Shown here one piece after another: positions 22,157-35,289 of a DNA stretch of 64,000 nucleotides. Made by a program: the position numbers and the translations under genes. Source of the DNA: Negaprion brevirostris (taxonomy: Eukaryota); the NCBI GenBank assembly GCA_030324005.1, contig JARDVH010000130.1:44354274-44418273 (forward strand), in the 5' to 3' direction. The notes under the pieces are model-generated. The model saw only the letters and a program-made list of their open reading frames with translations, had not been told where the DNA came from and searched no databases. Within the stretch, counting starts at the first letter, position 1, and every line of letters starts with the position of its first letter.

Positions 22157-24149
22157 GAGAGGGTGAACAAAAAAAGACGTACACAGGTAGAAAGAACTTC
22201 GGGCGCTCTTAAATGAAATGTTTTGGGAGAACCAAGAGGAGAATTTGCTAATAGAATATATAATTGTTACACTTGCACTCAATCTAAAAATGTGTTTTGA
22301 AAGAACTGCTTTCAGTTTNNNNNNNNNNGAATGTATGTTTGGGCCCAAATATGTTGTATGAGCTTTCAGTTTAAGAAAGGGCTATTGCACATTTTTAAAA
22401 AAATCATTTTATTTTACATGGACATATTTCAGGATTGTTTGCTTAGATTTTAAATGGCATTAATTTATAAATTATATACCATGCCCATGCTAAGATGCAG
22501 TACATCCCAATACTGTAAATCCCATCACCTGCTGCCAACCATGTATTTTCTACACTGCTATAAACTTGCTCAATGCTTATAATGACCTTGACAAAATTCT
22601 GGAAAAATAATCTCTGGACCTCCAGCTCTGAGCTATTTTTGAACTGGCTTTGAATAATTGTCACACAATATGAGTTTCTTGATTAATTGCTTGAGATAAG
22701 GCCTACTTTCCTCACTGGCCTCCAGTGGTTCCATTACTTCCCACAATCACTTTTCTTCCCCTAGTTTGCAAACATAGAGGGATGTGCAGAGAAGGAAAAC
22801 GCACAGATGCCAGAGAGGGCAAAATGCATTACAGAAGGATTACCAGCAGACAATGACAAAAAAGGATTAACTCTTCCAATGCCATTAACACTAATAACAG
22901 GTAATTATTTAGCTACATGCTAAAGGGTCAGTGGGTGATTAGCAATATTTTCACAGAACACAAAATAGCCTTCTTCCACTCTGTATGACTCTCCTTTTAC
23001 ACTGCATGCAGAGCCCACCAGCACGCAATTTGAGAAAGAATATATTACTCAAATGAAGAAATATGTAATCAACTACAATTTGATGGAAACATTTCCTTAA
23101 AAAATGATTTAATTTTTGGAATTATAAATATGACATGTACTCCACAAATACAAAAGCGTTTTTTTCAACCTGGTGGTGTGCACAACCAACACACCTATGA
23201 AAAATACTGCCTAGAGTATTTTGATTCAGTGAAAATACCAAAGCAAAATTAATTATAAAATATTACACTTTGAAAAAAAAAGACAATAAGACAGACTATC
23301 CAAAATATTATTCTCTCATTATTTGGCACTATATGGTAGGTTCCTTCATTTTAATTCTCTTAAAAAAAATGCAGGTTAAACTTCCTCTTCACTTGCGTTG
23401 CCTTTCACTCCGCCTCTGCCTTTAAAGAATTGCTTTGTTTATTTTCTTAACTAATACTGTAATTTTTAGAATGTTCTTTTAAAGCGTTTTTCAGTTNNNN
23501 NNNNNNAGTGCAATCTCCCTCAAGTCTAAAGGGCATGGGGCTTGTAGCTGTATAATCAAATACAATAAGCAACCTATTGGAGAGATCATGTATATATTGC
23601 TAATGGAAATTGAAAACTGATAGCTGGTGTAAATAAAACTGTTTCTCTTTTTATACCCAAGTCCCATGTTACAAGACACCAAGATTGAAATTAACTAAAG
23701 AGAAGTTGAGGTAAAGCAGTAAATAGTATGTAATAATTAGAAATTATGCCAAGCTTGAGTTTTAAATGTTTGAAAATTGCAGGAAGAGGAGGAAAGATAA
23801 TGAGTTTCACAGTTTGAGACCCTGGGTAATAATGAGTTAAAAGCTCATGATGGTGCCATGAATCTAAATTCAATACAGTGCGGATGTAAGGAGGATGAAG
23901 ATCGTGTAAGGAGCTGTATTTCACAAGATTTTCCCTCTTAAAGGCACCAGCATCATCATTTTTGATTGATCCAATCTTACTCATCCTCCTTAACAATATG
24001 TGAGACAGTTGACCATTCCATTCCCTATAGTCTCTCCTGTGCGGTTTACCTCTGAGGCAGCGCCCTACCATTGTTCTACTCTTACTTTTCCTAGGACAGC
24101 AAGAACATGTATTATGGTTTTCCAACTCATCTCTGTCACTCATATTTTA

Positions 24150-24505
24150 ATTGATTCACTGATGAAATGCTAGCATCACCACCAAGGCCAGCATTTATTG
24201 TCCATTCCTAAATGCCTTCAAGGTGAATGAGCTGTCTTCTTGAACCAGTGCAGTCCATGTGGTGCAGGTACACCTATGGACTGCTAGAATCAGAGTTCCA
24301 GGTCTTTGATCCAGTGATAATGAAGCAGCAAAGATATAGTTCTACGTCAGGATGGTGTGACTTGAGAAGGCAACTTTCAGGTGGTGGTGCTGCTGCTTTG
24401 TGAGACTATTGCCCTTGTTCTTCGAGTTGAAGAAGGTCATGGGTTTGGTGCCTTGATAGTGCATCTTGTAGGTGATACACACAACTGCCACTGTGCGCCA
24501 GTGTT
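24150..24505 (-). mobile_element. Jockey/CR1/L2-group LINE 3' end (same family as 59480 and 60250)
   Basis: caaggccagcatttattgtccattcctaaatgcc...cttcttgaaccagtgcagtccatgtggtgcaggtacacc is shared with the other copies. Confidence 0.7.
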
Positions 24506-24524
24506 AGATACAGAAGATCTTTCA

Positions 24525-24912
24525 ACATAAGGACATAAGAAATAGGAGCAGGAGTAGGCCATCTAGCCCTTCGAGCCTGCCCCGCCATTCAATAAGATCA
24601 NNNNNNNNNNNNNNNNNNNNNNNNNNNNNNNNNNNNNNNNNNNNNNNNNNNNNNNNNNNNNNNNNNNNNNNNNNNNNNNNNNNNNNNNNNNNNNNNNNNN
24701 CTGCTCTATCAAACAATTCTTCTCTAGGTGCCTCGCTATTTCTTCTTTGATGACGGATTCAAGCATTTTTCCAACAATAGATGTTAAACTAACCAGCCTA
24801 TAATTCCCTGCCTTTTGCCTGCTACTTTTTTTAAACAGCGGTGTAACATTAGCTGTTTTCCAATCTTCTGGCGCTTCCCCAGGATCCAGCAAAGTTTGGT
24901 AAATAATCACTA
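24525..24912 (-). mobile_element. Young CR1 LINE (RT N-terminal part, gap, 3' tail)
   Basis: PEDWKTANVTPLFKKSSRQKAGNYRLVSLTSIVGKMLESVIKEEIARHLEKN in 24701-24910. Tail cataaggacataagaaataggagcaggagtaggcc at 24525. The middle is replaced by 100 N. Confidence 0.9.
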
Positions 24913-25144
24913 AGATAAAATGCTATAAATGCTATATTGGTAAAATAATCAACAAGATATTACAAACGCATATTTGTAGCCGACTACAAAAAAACGAATT
25001 GGAAGAGCTGTGAAAGCTTCAAATCAACCAAAAGGGATTAAGTATGATGACAACTTATTTCTTTCAAACGGTTTTTCTTACATAGTACTATAATCATTTG
25101 AGAATTGTTGATTTTGTTACAAGTAATACAACTTTAAAAAATGT

Positions 25145-25458
25145 ATTCTTTCATGGGATGTGTGGTAAGGTCAGCATTCAATTGATTGGCAGCTCGACCA
25201 TTTTTAGAGGACAGTTAAGAGTCAACCACATTGCGAGGGTCTGGAATCACATGTAAGTCAGACTACATATGGTTGGTAGATAGCCTATCTTAAAGGACAT
25301 TAGTGAATCAGATTAGTCTTTATGACAATTGATGGCAGTTTCATGGTCATCCTAACTGGCTTTCAATTCAAATTTTATTAATTGAATTTAAATTCCGCCA
25401 TCCGTGATGGTGGTTTTTAAATGTGCATCCGCAGAACATTAGTCTGGGCCTCTGGATT
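25145..25458 (-). mobile_element. SINE-like bipartite element sharing its 5' part with 20010-20205 and its 3' end with the 24150/59480 LINE tails
   Basis: 25205-25350 aligns by eye with 20010-20160 (aaaggacattagtgaa...tttatgacaattga). 25145-25180 resembles the LINE terminus gggatgtg...aaggccagcatt. Confidence 0.65.
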
Positions 25459-25459
25459 G

Positions 25460-26113
25460 AAGTAGAAAGGGTCGAAAGCTCCAAGCTTTTAGGTGTCTAG
25501 ATCACCAACAACCTGTCCTGGTTCCCCCACGCGGACACTATAGTTATGAAAGCTCACCAACGCCTCTAATTTCTCAGAAGATTAAGTAAATTTGGCACGC
25601 AGCTATGACTCTCAGCAACTTTTACAGATGTACCAGTAGAAAGCATTCTTTCTGGTTGTATCACAGCTTGGTATGGCTCCTGCTCTGCCCAAGACTGCAA
25701 GGAACTACAAAAAGTTGTGAATGTAGCCCAATTTGTCACGCAAACCAACTTCCCATCCATTGACTCTGTTTACACTTCCTGCTGCCTCAGAAAAGCAGCC
25801 TGTATAATTAAGGACCCCACGCACCCCAGACATTCTCTCTTCCACCTTCTCCTGTTGGGAAAAAGATTCAAAAGTCTGAGGTCATGTACCGACCAACTCA
25901 GGAACAGCTTCTTCCCTGCTGCTGTCAGACTTTTGAATGGACCTACTTCACACTAAGTTGATCTTTCTCTACACCCCAGCTATGATTGTAACACAACATT
26001 CTCTACTCCCTCCTTTCCTTATTTATGAATAGTATGCTTTGCCTGTACAGCGCACAAGGAAAAAATACTTTTCACTGTCTGCTCATACAAGTGACAATAA
26101 TAAATCAAATCAA
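25460..26113 (+). mobile_element. Rex1/Babar 3' fragment (RT C-terminus + 3' UTR)
   Basis: VERVESSKLLGV.ITNNLSW...KAHQRL.FLRRL...ESILSGCITAWYG...IIKDPTHPRHSLFHLL...RNSFFPAAVRLLN, ending gtgacaataataaatcaaatcaaa. Confidence 0.9.
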
Positions 26114-26166
26114 AGACAGTGGCTGGTCACCCTACACACACCACTGCTGAGCATCAAATAGATCAT

Positions 26167-26296
26167 GTGGCCGAAATCCTGCATCCTCGTTCGTGGCTGG
26201 GGTTCTCCAGTGCTACCAACAATGAATGGAATTTTGGTTGGAAATTTTCTGATCGCAATGGATCCCATTGCAGGTGAGGACCTGAGAATCCCGCCC
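26167..26296. mobile_element. Short MITE-like element
   Basis: Imperfect inverted termini ggccgaaatcct...gagaatcccgccc; ~130 bp GC-richer island. Confidence 0.45.
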
Positions 26297-26431
26297 TATA
26301 TTTAGAATTTGTGGTTCTTTACCAGTGTACAATCAATATTTCCTGCTCCTGCACTTTGAAGGCTTTGATGAAAGATCATCAACTTAGTTCTGTTTCCCTC
26401 GCCAAGAAAACTACCCCAGTCTTTCCAACGT

Positions 26432-26763
26432 GGGGCATCACGGTGGCTCAGTGGTTAGCGCTCCAGGGACCTGCGTTCGATTCCCAACTTGGATCACTGC
26501 CTGTGTGGAGTTTGCACATTCTCCCTGTGTCTGTGTGGGTTTCCTCCTAGTGCTCCGGTTTCTTCCCACAGTCCGAAAAATGTGTGAGTTATATAGATGG
26601 GTCATGCTAAATTGACCCTTAGTATTCCGGGATGCATAGTTTAGAGGGGTTAGTGGCATAAATAAGTGGCATTGTGGGGATAGGGCGTTGGTGGGATTAT
26701 TGTCAGTGCAGACACAATGGGCTGAGTGGCCTCCTTCTGCACTGTAGGGATTTCTATGATTCA
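26432..26763 (+). mobile_element. HE1-type V-SINE, near full length
   Basis: ggggcatcacggtggctcagtggttagc...cgttcgattcc (A/B boxes), V-domain, and tail ...ctgcactgtagggatttctatgatt. Confidence 0.9.
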
Positions 26764-27087
26764 GTGATTTTATCTTGGTCCACAGATGGTTTCACAGGAA
26801 GGATCGACTGAGTGCAGTTGGTAAAGGGAACAGCAGGTGGTGCTGGAGCTGTTCAAATGCTGCAGCCCAAAGCCCAGTTTTAGATTTTCTTTTGATCTGC
26901 ATTCATAATTCATTTCTTCTCTTTCCCTAGAGAGTTTCCTTTTGGTTTTGTTTGATCCTTTACTTGGATATAAAGGTTTGCTCATTCAGCTATTCCTCTG
27001 AGGTAGGTTGTGGTTGCAGTACATGGTCAGAGCTGAGTATATTTTGTCCTCTTGCTTCCTCTGCTGTCCCCTCAGCCAGACTCTTGT

Positions 27088-27244
27088 GGGCAGCAGGGTG
27101 GCACAGTGGTTAGCACTGCTGCCTCATAGCGCCACGGACCCAGGTTTGATTCCCGGCTTGAGTCACTGTCTGTGTGGAGTTTGCATGTTCTCCCCATGTC
27201 TGTGTGGGTTTCCTCCAGGTGCTCTGGTTTCCTCCCACAGTCCA
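27088..27244 (+). mobile_element. HE1-type V-SINE 5' half, running into a gap
   Basis: gggcagcagggtggcacagtggttagcactgctgcctcatagcgcc...ggtttgattcccggc. Confidence 0.9.
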
Positions 27245-27916
27245 NNNNNNNNNNNNNNNNNNNNNNNNNNNNNNNNNNNNNNNNNNNNNNNNNNNNNNNN
27301 NNNNNNNNNNNNNNNNNNNNNNNNNNNNNNNNNNNNNNNNNNNNNNNNNNNNNNNNNNNNNNNNNNNNNNNNNNNNNNNNNNNNNNNNNNNNNNNNNNNN
27401 NNNNNNNNNNNNNNNNNNNNNNNNNNNNNNNNNNNNNNNNNNNNNNNNNNNNNNNNNNNNNNNNNNNNNNNNNNNNNNNNNNNNNNNNNNNNNNNNNNNN
27501 NNNNNNNNNNNNNNNNNNNNNNNNNNNNNNNNNNNNNNNNNNNNNNNNNNNNNNNNNNNNNNNNNNNNNNNNNNNNNNNNNNNNNNNNNNNNNNNNNNNN
27601 NNNNNNNNNNNNNNNNNNNNNNNNNNNNNNNNNNNNNNNNNNNNNNNNNNNNNNNNNNNNNNNNNNNNNNNNNNNNNNNNNNNNNNNNNNNNNNNNNNNN
27701 NNNNNNNNNNNNNNNNNNNNNNNNNNNNNNNNNNNNNNNNNNNNNNNNNNNNNNNNNNNNNNNNNNNNNNNNNNNNNNNNNNNNNNNNNNNNNNNNNNNN
27801 NNNNNNNNNNNNNNNNNNNNNNNNNNNNNNNNNNNNNNNNNNNNNNNNNNNNNNNNNNNNNNNNNNNNNNNNNNNNNNNNNNNNNNNNNNNNNNNNNNNN
27901 NNNNNNNNNNNNNNNN

Positions 27917-28137
27917 CCGACTCAAGAACAGCTTCTTCCCTGATGCTGTCAGACTTTTGAATGGACTTACCTTGCATTAAGTTGATCTTTCTCTACATCC
28001 TAGCTCTGACTGAAACACTACATTTTGCACTCTCGTTTTCTTCTCTATGAAGGGTATGCTTTGTCGGTATAGCACGCAAGAAACAATATTTTTCATTGTA
28101 TGTTAATATATGTGACAATAATAAATCAAATCAAATT
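27917..28137 (+). mobile_element. Rex1/Babar 3' end emerging from a gap
   Basis: RLKNSFFPDAVRLLN plus a 3' UTR closely matching 25890-26113. Confidence 0.88.
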
Positions 28138-28169
28138 GTTGGTTTGGTGACATTACCATTATAGTACCA

Positions 28170-28520
28170 TCCCCCTCGACTTGCAATAAAATGATGCTTA
28201 AATGTAATGAACAAACCTAAAATACTTCACATAGGAGAAAGACAGATTATGAATTAGGAGAGTTGCCTGAATGCATAATGGAAAAGTCAAGTTTCTCCCT
28301 CAGTTTTAAATGTGGAGAAGGAAGCAACAGAATAGTTTTATTGAGAGACTTCTAGAGGGTAGATTCTGAATGGCTGAAAGCTCTGAAATAGAGTTAAAGC
28401 TCGAAATAGAGTTAAAGCTTGAGAAGAGTGAAAGTTGGAATGGCAATGCTACAATAGACAGACTGAGAAATATGGCTGGAAGGTTGAGGAACTTTGTGGA
28501 AGGACCTGTGAACTTCTGTT
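28170..28520 (-). mobile_element. Old L2-like fragment
   Basis: aaacctaaaatacttcacatagg...gagagacttctagagggtagattctgaatggctgaaagctc parallels the 4070 copy; heavily decayed. Confidence 0.4.
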
Positions 28521-31500
28521 CAATTCAAAGTAGATTTTTCAAATGATTTTAGTGCTAAAATGGCTTTGAATTATCATGAAAAGACTGTGTAATCTAGTGT
28601 TCAATTATTACTAATTATCTGCATACAAAGGCTGAAAAACTGTAGGTGTCTTAGGTACATACACATAAATTTAGAATGGTATATTACCCAGTACTGACTG
28701 ACCACCCCATTACACCAGATGTATACAACATCTCTGCCAATTGATCTCGTGGGCTAAGGATTAGTGAGGAGCCATTGTTCTGAGTTGTGGCCTGCTATCT
28801 GCACCAGGTCCACACACAAATATCCTACCAGATTTGAAAGCCCTCTGGTNNNNNNNNNNNNNNNNNNNNNNNNNNNNNNNNNNNNNNNNNNNNNNNNATT
28901 GCAGGCTCTATGACAAGTTCAGAGGAAAGGTGAAACGATTCCGCTTACAGATAACCGACACAGGATGTTATTTACTGTTATAAACTGAGCTTTAAAAAGA
29001 ATGATTAGATGATCTTCTACATGATAAGTGTAGGTTAAAGATGCACGTTTCTTCTATTGACCCTGCTTGCCAACCATAAGACCTCCCGATCAGTTTATAC
29101 CACATAAATGCCGCAAATTGCAGAAAACTGAATCAGAATAGCAATAATGCAACATACTCATAGTTGGTTGCGTAGCAAAACATTCATGCTTTGAAATCAA
29201 TGGGAACAGTCAGTAGTGATTATCACGGCAATCAAGATGACTGAAATTTCTAATTGTGCAGGTCAGCCACAATAATAACTACGAATGCTCATTGTGATAA
29301 TCATCAGCTCCAGTGTGACCATCACGCCCATCTGATTTTGCATAAAGTTCATCAACAGAAGACTACATCTCAAGCACCCTGAGATTCTGCATGTGTAACC
29401 CATTTGAAAAGATGTATTCTCTGCATTGCTGTAAAAAATGGTCCACAGAAAGAAAGTTTAAATTAAAAAAAATCAGAAACTTTGAATTTCATTAGGCAGT
29501 TAAGCTATATCTTTTCTGTTGGTGCAAAGTAGCTCCAGCATCTTGTTACTGCACTATTATCACAAACTGAATTTACATTCACCCTGATTTTCATGTCCTG
29601 TCGTTCAAGTGGTGTAGCAGGTGGGGAATTTCAGTGGGAGGATGCATGAAGTCAGAAACGTACCCCATGTCTAGCCGGTCGCAATCGTCCAAGGCCATTT
29701 TTTCCTGATGTAATCAGCCTCACGTTCGGGACAGTATACGGAAGGTCAGTGCGCATGCCTAGCAGTCTGCAGCGGGCTTCCACGGCAAGCTTAGGCTCTT
29801 GCCCGCCTCCCCCCCAGTCCACTGGTGTGAAACTCCCTACTGTCAAAAGATTTACATGTGTGAGAAAACTGCGTTGGGTAACTCGCTGAGAAAAAAACAG
29901 GATGAAACTCTGTTTTCAGATTTTTGCGACACTTTGAACATTTGGGGGGAAATTCCACCTATTGTATTGAATTCCTATATGAATTGAGGATTCACTTTAG
30001 AATGATACCATTCTGAACAGATAGCCTATTTGCATTGCAAATTTAGCAACAGTGCATTTCATTTTGTACCTAAAGTTTGTAAGTAATTGCCCACGACTCT
30101 GGGTTTACTGTAAATCCGCTGCAATGCAGAACTTGACTCTCATAGTTCTCTGGGTATGGCTAAGGGCAGGTGGGTACAGTTGATGATTTATTAGACTCTG
30201 CTGGCCACTTTTTAAAGCTACCTTACTTGAGCCTAAGATCAGGAGCTCCCCATTGCCTGCTCTCTTAAGTATTTATATTTCTCAATGCATTTGTGTATCC
30301 TGGCAAATGCAGAGTTCCCTGCTGCACAAGGCAATTGAAGTTCTGGCCAGGCAGAAGACCAGCAATGTAATCAAGAGTTCTGCCTCGTTGGAGTCCAAAC
30401 TCCATCTACTGGTCTCACACCAGTAGCTGGGCTCCAGCGTTGCTGTGGCTTCAAACTAGCTGCAATACGCTGTTACTACCGCTAAATCAGCTTCTCAAAT
30501 GGCAACCCACTGATTCACCTTCAAAGTTAGTTTATATATTCGGTGAGATGTTTGGAAAATAACTTTAAAATCTAGTTGCTCAATTAACATTATTTAAGGC
30601 CTGTCTATAAAACCTTACATGGAAAAATGGCAAGCATTAGTGGAAACAGCAAATCAGTTCGGAAAATCAGCCAAGTAGAACAGAGTACAGGAAACAAGCT
30701 GAAAATTTAATTTTGCAGAAATCGTTTGAAATGTTTCAACAAGTTTCAACAATTGATAAGCTTGTGAACGCAAGTATTTAATCCAGTACGTTATACATAA
30801 TATATTTTAGATTATAAAGTCAAGCTGATATGCGTGATCAAGACATTTATTTTAGAATGCAATAAATGAAAATGCTAGTATGAGGAAATAAAAAGACAAA
30901 AAAAAACAAAGAAGTCATGGTATGCTATTTGACTGTAAGCATGAAAGGCTTAATTGTCTCTTAGTGGCATGAATACAGGTAGGATATTTTTTACGTTATT
31001 AACCAATTGTTAACACCGTACTTGATCACTGATTGAACCAAATATTCAATGCAACTCTTGTCTCTTTTTTTATTTAAAATGTAATCATGTCATGGCTTCG
31101 GTAACTTAGAGTATAACTCAAGCCTGAACACACACTAAACTACAGTATTTTGGGACGGTCATTACTCAATACTCCAAACAAACAGATCAAATTCAACAAT
31201 ATTCAGGCTATTTGCCTACTATTACTGTAACCATATATGTTATACACTACTCACAGTAAAACCAGGTTAGATTGAAAACCTCTAGGCTGGGGAAGGTGAG
31301 GATAATTTAAGTGAACTGTTGAACTCCACAAAGAGGAACAGTCACCTGAAAACTTTGTGACTTTCAATTAGAGACTAAGCTGTTGAATTCTCCAGAGAGT
31401 AGTCACTTTGCAAACTCCATTTGTTTTCAATTAAACACTGAACAGTTGAATATGCAAGGGTTCTCACTTGTGTATAGTCAACTTAAGGCCCATCATTTGA

Positions 31501-34500
31501 TTTACAAAAAGTACCTACACTGCAATAAAAATATTTAATCTGATTTTTGACTTTTCTTCAAAGTGCTAGAGTAGTCTTCAAAAAGTTAACAAAATATAGC
31601 AAATTGCATTCAATGTACCATAATTAATGCTTTCCCAATGGCCAGATTTTCCTTTCAGGTTGATGTATATACTGTTAACAGCTAAGATGTGTTTAACTGA
31701 AACGATTATGTTGGTTTTCACATGGTTTCTGCAAAAGGAGGAAATGAGTGACTTGGTCCAGTGACACAATTGCTTCAAAGAGTTAATTACAAAAAGGAGT
31801 TTCTTCAATACACATAAGGCATTCCTTTCAAAAGTCAGAATTTTTTTTGATGCTTTGGCAAAGTGCATGACTAATCTTACAGACATTGCTGGGTTTCTAA
31901 TCAGCAATGCAGTCTAGGTTTTGGTGCCATTGGTACTGTGAAAGTGCACTTTAATGGATGTAAATTAACTGAAGGGTAGGCATATGACTATGGCAAAATG
32001 AAATGATCCAAGTTCAAATGCCACTCTTATGTGTGACTGCTGCTGTTCTCTGGAGAGACACCTTCAAAGCAATAAACGTTTCATATAGAGAGATTCTATC
32101 TTCTTGTGATATCTTAAGGGAATACTCACTGTTGTTTTGTTTCAACTGACAGCATTTTAAAAATGATTATCTGAAGAATTAGCTCTAATGGACAGGATGA
32201 TGTATATATTCAAATATTTTTTTGTGTGAAGCATCATACGTTGTACTTTTGCCTCTAGATATTTCCTTTGAAAACAGCAATGATTTTTAACATATACAAG
32301 TCTAGACATTGACTGATACAACCTTTTTTGAATAAACAAGATCATAATGGATACTCTACATAAATTGCAATGTTAATGCAAAATAAGATAATTATTAATC
32401 CTGAACATCACGACCCAGGATGTCACTATATGAATTAGAAAGCCTATGTTTAAAAGATCAAACTCTTTGCTACCTTTGTGATAAATGAAATAATCAAGGG
32501 TTCTGGAACTGCCAGAGAGTAAAAACAATTAATCCATCTCCGCAATATGTAGCAGTATTTTACTAGATTGATAGGTGTGTGCCTATGCAGGACAATCATA
32601 AGATTATAGGAAATTTAATTCATTTCTTCGTTCAAAGTTGTTGGTAGTGACTATGTCCTCTTATAGATAAGGTTCTAGATGACAATTCGACTGAAACACT
32701 GTAGATTGTAACAGAACAACTGCCAGTTATCCTCAAAGATGTCATCGCAGTAGTTAAATTTACCAAGCGAATTGGGATCAGTATCAGTGCTGTCTAATAC
32801 TTGTCCATAAAACCAGTCTCTACAAAACAATGATATTTTTCTGATAAGATACCGAGGACTACATCTGTGCTACACTAAATGTTCTCAGTATCAGGATATT
32901 CATGAATTTCTGAATATGTTTAATTGAAAGTTAAAAACCATTTTTTAGTGATGTTTTCACACTTCTTACTACAAATGATGTGGATCTGATGAGCAACTGC
33001 TCAATCCTCAGTCCTACTATAATCCTGTATGTGTTTAACACTTTCTATGCATTAACTTCCGTTTCCTATCGTGTAACCCAATAATTTGTATACTCAAATT
33101 AGGCAGAGAATTAGCCCTTTTAGACAAAAATACTCTCTATAAAAAGAAGTTTAATACAAGCACAGGTTTAATTAGTAGTTCTGACAATTAGTTACAATTT
33201 TTGCAAAGACAGAACTCAATCACATTAAATAACGAAAAGGCGAATAAAACTATCTACTATTTCCCTTGCCTTATTATGCAAGCAAATGAAGGTGATAGAG
33301 ATTATGATTTGCATATAGTTGATGTGCAAAGTTGTGGCTAGAAAATGAAGTGCCAGGAACAAAACTGAAGTAACCACTGAACATAGTTATTCTGCTGTAT
33401 CTGAAATAGAGATTTTCCTGGTAAGAAGTACTGTTCATGGAGTGAGTCACAAAAAGCTGCTGGGAGCCACCTTGATTTTACCCAATGACATTTGCCTTTA
33501 AAAAGAAGAAAGATCTTGTTGGTAGAAAGTGATATTAATGTATTAGTGTAATCATTTCAAACTTAGCACAAGCACCAAAAAAGATGCATCAATTGAAAGC
33601 AGCTTTTAATGTGATTAGATGCTTCTCAACCTACTCTGTATCTTGCTCACAAGTGCTCCAGTTATCCTGAAGGGGTTAATATTTTTCAATTCTACAAAAG
33701 CTAGTAATTAAGGTGACTCTTTGAAGGTTTGCTCAGTAACAGCACTTAAAATGTAGAGCTAAATCATTTGATCGGCATGACATCACAGGAGAGAAGGCTA
33801 AATGATTTGGACCACTGCAAATGATTAGGGAACCACATGCATACTTAGCCCAGGTCAAACTGGCACCAATGTACGACTATGGTATGTATAGCAAAAAAAA
33901 GCTGCAACAGACCGAAACCCAAAAGGGACATCCAAACCCACATCTTGCTGTGGTTGGCTTGTAATGCATATGCCTCAGCAAGGAAGCACAACCTACTACA
34001 CATTGTTTTTACAAAAGATTCCTTTTGATCGGAGCGATGGCAAAACCACAGGCTGTGCTCAGCCCCAAAACAAAATGTTTTTAACTTCTAGTTTTTGCAA
34101 TGCTTGGCGCCAAGCTGAGAACAGTAAACAATAAACATAGGGTTAGGAATGACAAATTGCTTTTTATAGTTGAACAAGTGATGACATAGTACAGTACATG
34201 ATCATTTTTTGCAGCAAAGAATTTGACTTGCACTCAGGTGAAACTGTTAATGTATACTACATTTTCCCATTAACAATCAAAAGCTGGGATGTTTTTACTT
34301 TATGGTTTTCCAATTTTCAATAGGGAAATAAAAGACTTGCAATTAGTTGTTACTGGTGTGCCTTAAGTAAATTCTTTGCAAATAATTAAAAAAAAATTGT
34401 TTTTCTAACAGATTAAGTAAAATAGAGAATTACAGAACAAAATCCCATGTAATCAAAAATAGTATTTGGTTTGCTCAGCAGGAGTCAAGAAATGGACCTA

Positions 34501-34506
34501 ATACAT

Positions 34507-34625
34507 GGCTTGAAGTTTACTATCCTGCCCACCACGGAAATTGGAGCAGGCGGCAATGGAAAGGCCCGTTGACCTCGCCAGGATTTTACAGTTTTGGAAT
34601 GAGGGAGGCCATAAAATTTCACCCC
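34507..34625. mobile_element. ~120 bp MITE-like element (same family as 37559-37685)
   Basis: Imperfect TIRs ggcttgaagtttac / ataaaatttcaccc; internal ccacggaaattggag...cgttgacctc...ggattttac shared with the second copy. Confidence 0.6.
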
Positions 34626-35164
34626 ATGTCTAAGATGTAGACTGAGTGCCCATCAGAGCAATTTTGAAAGGGTAGTTCCACCCTCGGTCTATGTGCCCAC
34701 AGGATCTAATTTGTTTGTTGGAGTAGCCATTTAATGAATAAAATTTTAAACTGAAGCATTGGTCAGATCATGGCTATCAATTCTGGGTCACTATTCTTTT
34801 AGAGATATATTAATGAGCTGGATTTGGGTATGTTAAGGATATCATTTCAAAGTTCACAAACTGGCAACTTAGAAATGCAGTAAAAATGAAAAGGAATTTT
34901 TTTTTCATTACAGCACAAACAGTCTGGTGAAATGGGCAGATACCTGGCAGACAAAATTTAACGCTGGCTAAATGTGAAGTAATACAACTTGATAAGAAGA
35001 ATGAGAAGAGGCAACATGAAATAAATTGTACAATGCACATTTTAAATGTTGCGCATAAACAGGGGGATCTAGGGTTCCTTGGTACGTAGGTCAGTAAAGG
35101 TGACAGGAGAGGTTGAGAAGGTTTCTAAGAAACATAGGATCCTGGGCTTTATTAATAGAAACCA

Positions 35165-35288
35165 CGATGCAGAGATGCCGGCATTGGACTGGGGTAAGCA
35201 CAATAAGAAGTCTCACAACACCAGGTTAAAGTCCAACAGGTTTATTTGGCAGCACAAGCTTTTGGAGCACAGCTCCTTCATCAGGTGA
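35165..35288 (-). mobile_element. Short Penelope-type pLTR/retrozyme-like element with a hammerhead-like core
   Basis: Minus strand TCAC-CTGATGA-A-GGAGC-TGT-GCTCC-AAAAGCTTG...AATAAACCTGTTGGACTTTAACCTGGTGTTGTGAGACTTCTT. Confidence 0.7.
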
Positions 35289-35289
35289 G

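Noticed and set aside
23691-24143. 150 aa minus-strand ORF (likewise 14111-14518, 15346-15699, 16129-16521)
   Set aside because: No recognisable domain or convincing splice signals; lengths are compatible with chance or TE-derived sequence.
27088-27160. tRNA gene-like sequence (also at 26432, 36172 and on the minus strand at 5815 and 37515)
   Set aside because: These are SINE heads continuing into V- or Deu-domains and LINE-derived tails; none forms a complete cloverleaf with a terminator.
27008-27980. Long ORFs of 262-311 aa
   Set aside because: Artefacts of translating through a ~670 N gap between a SINE and a Rex1 tail.
28377-28422. Short ~19 bp tandem duplication aaagctc(t)gaaatagagtt
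   Set aside because: Ordinary slippage duplication inside a decayed L2-like fragment.
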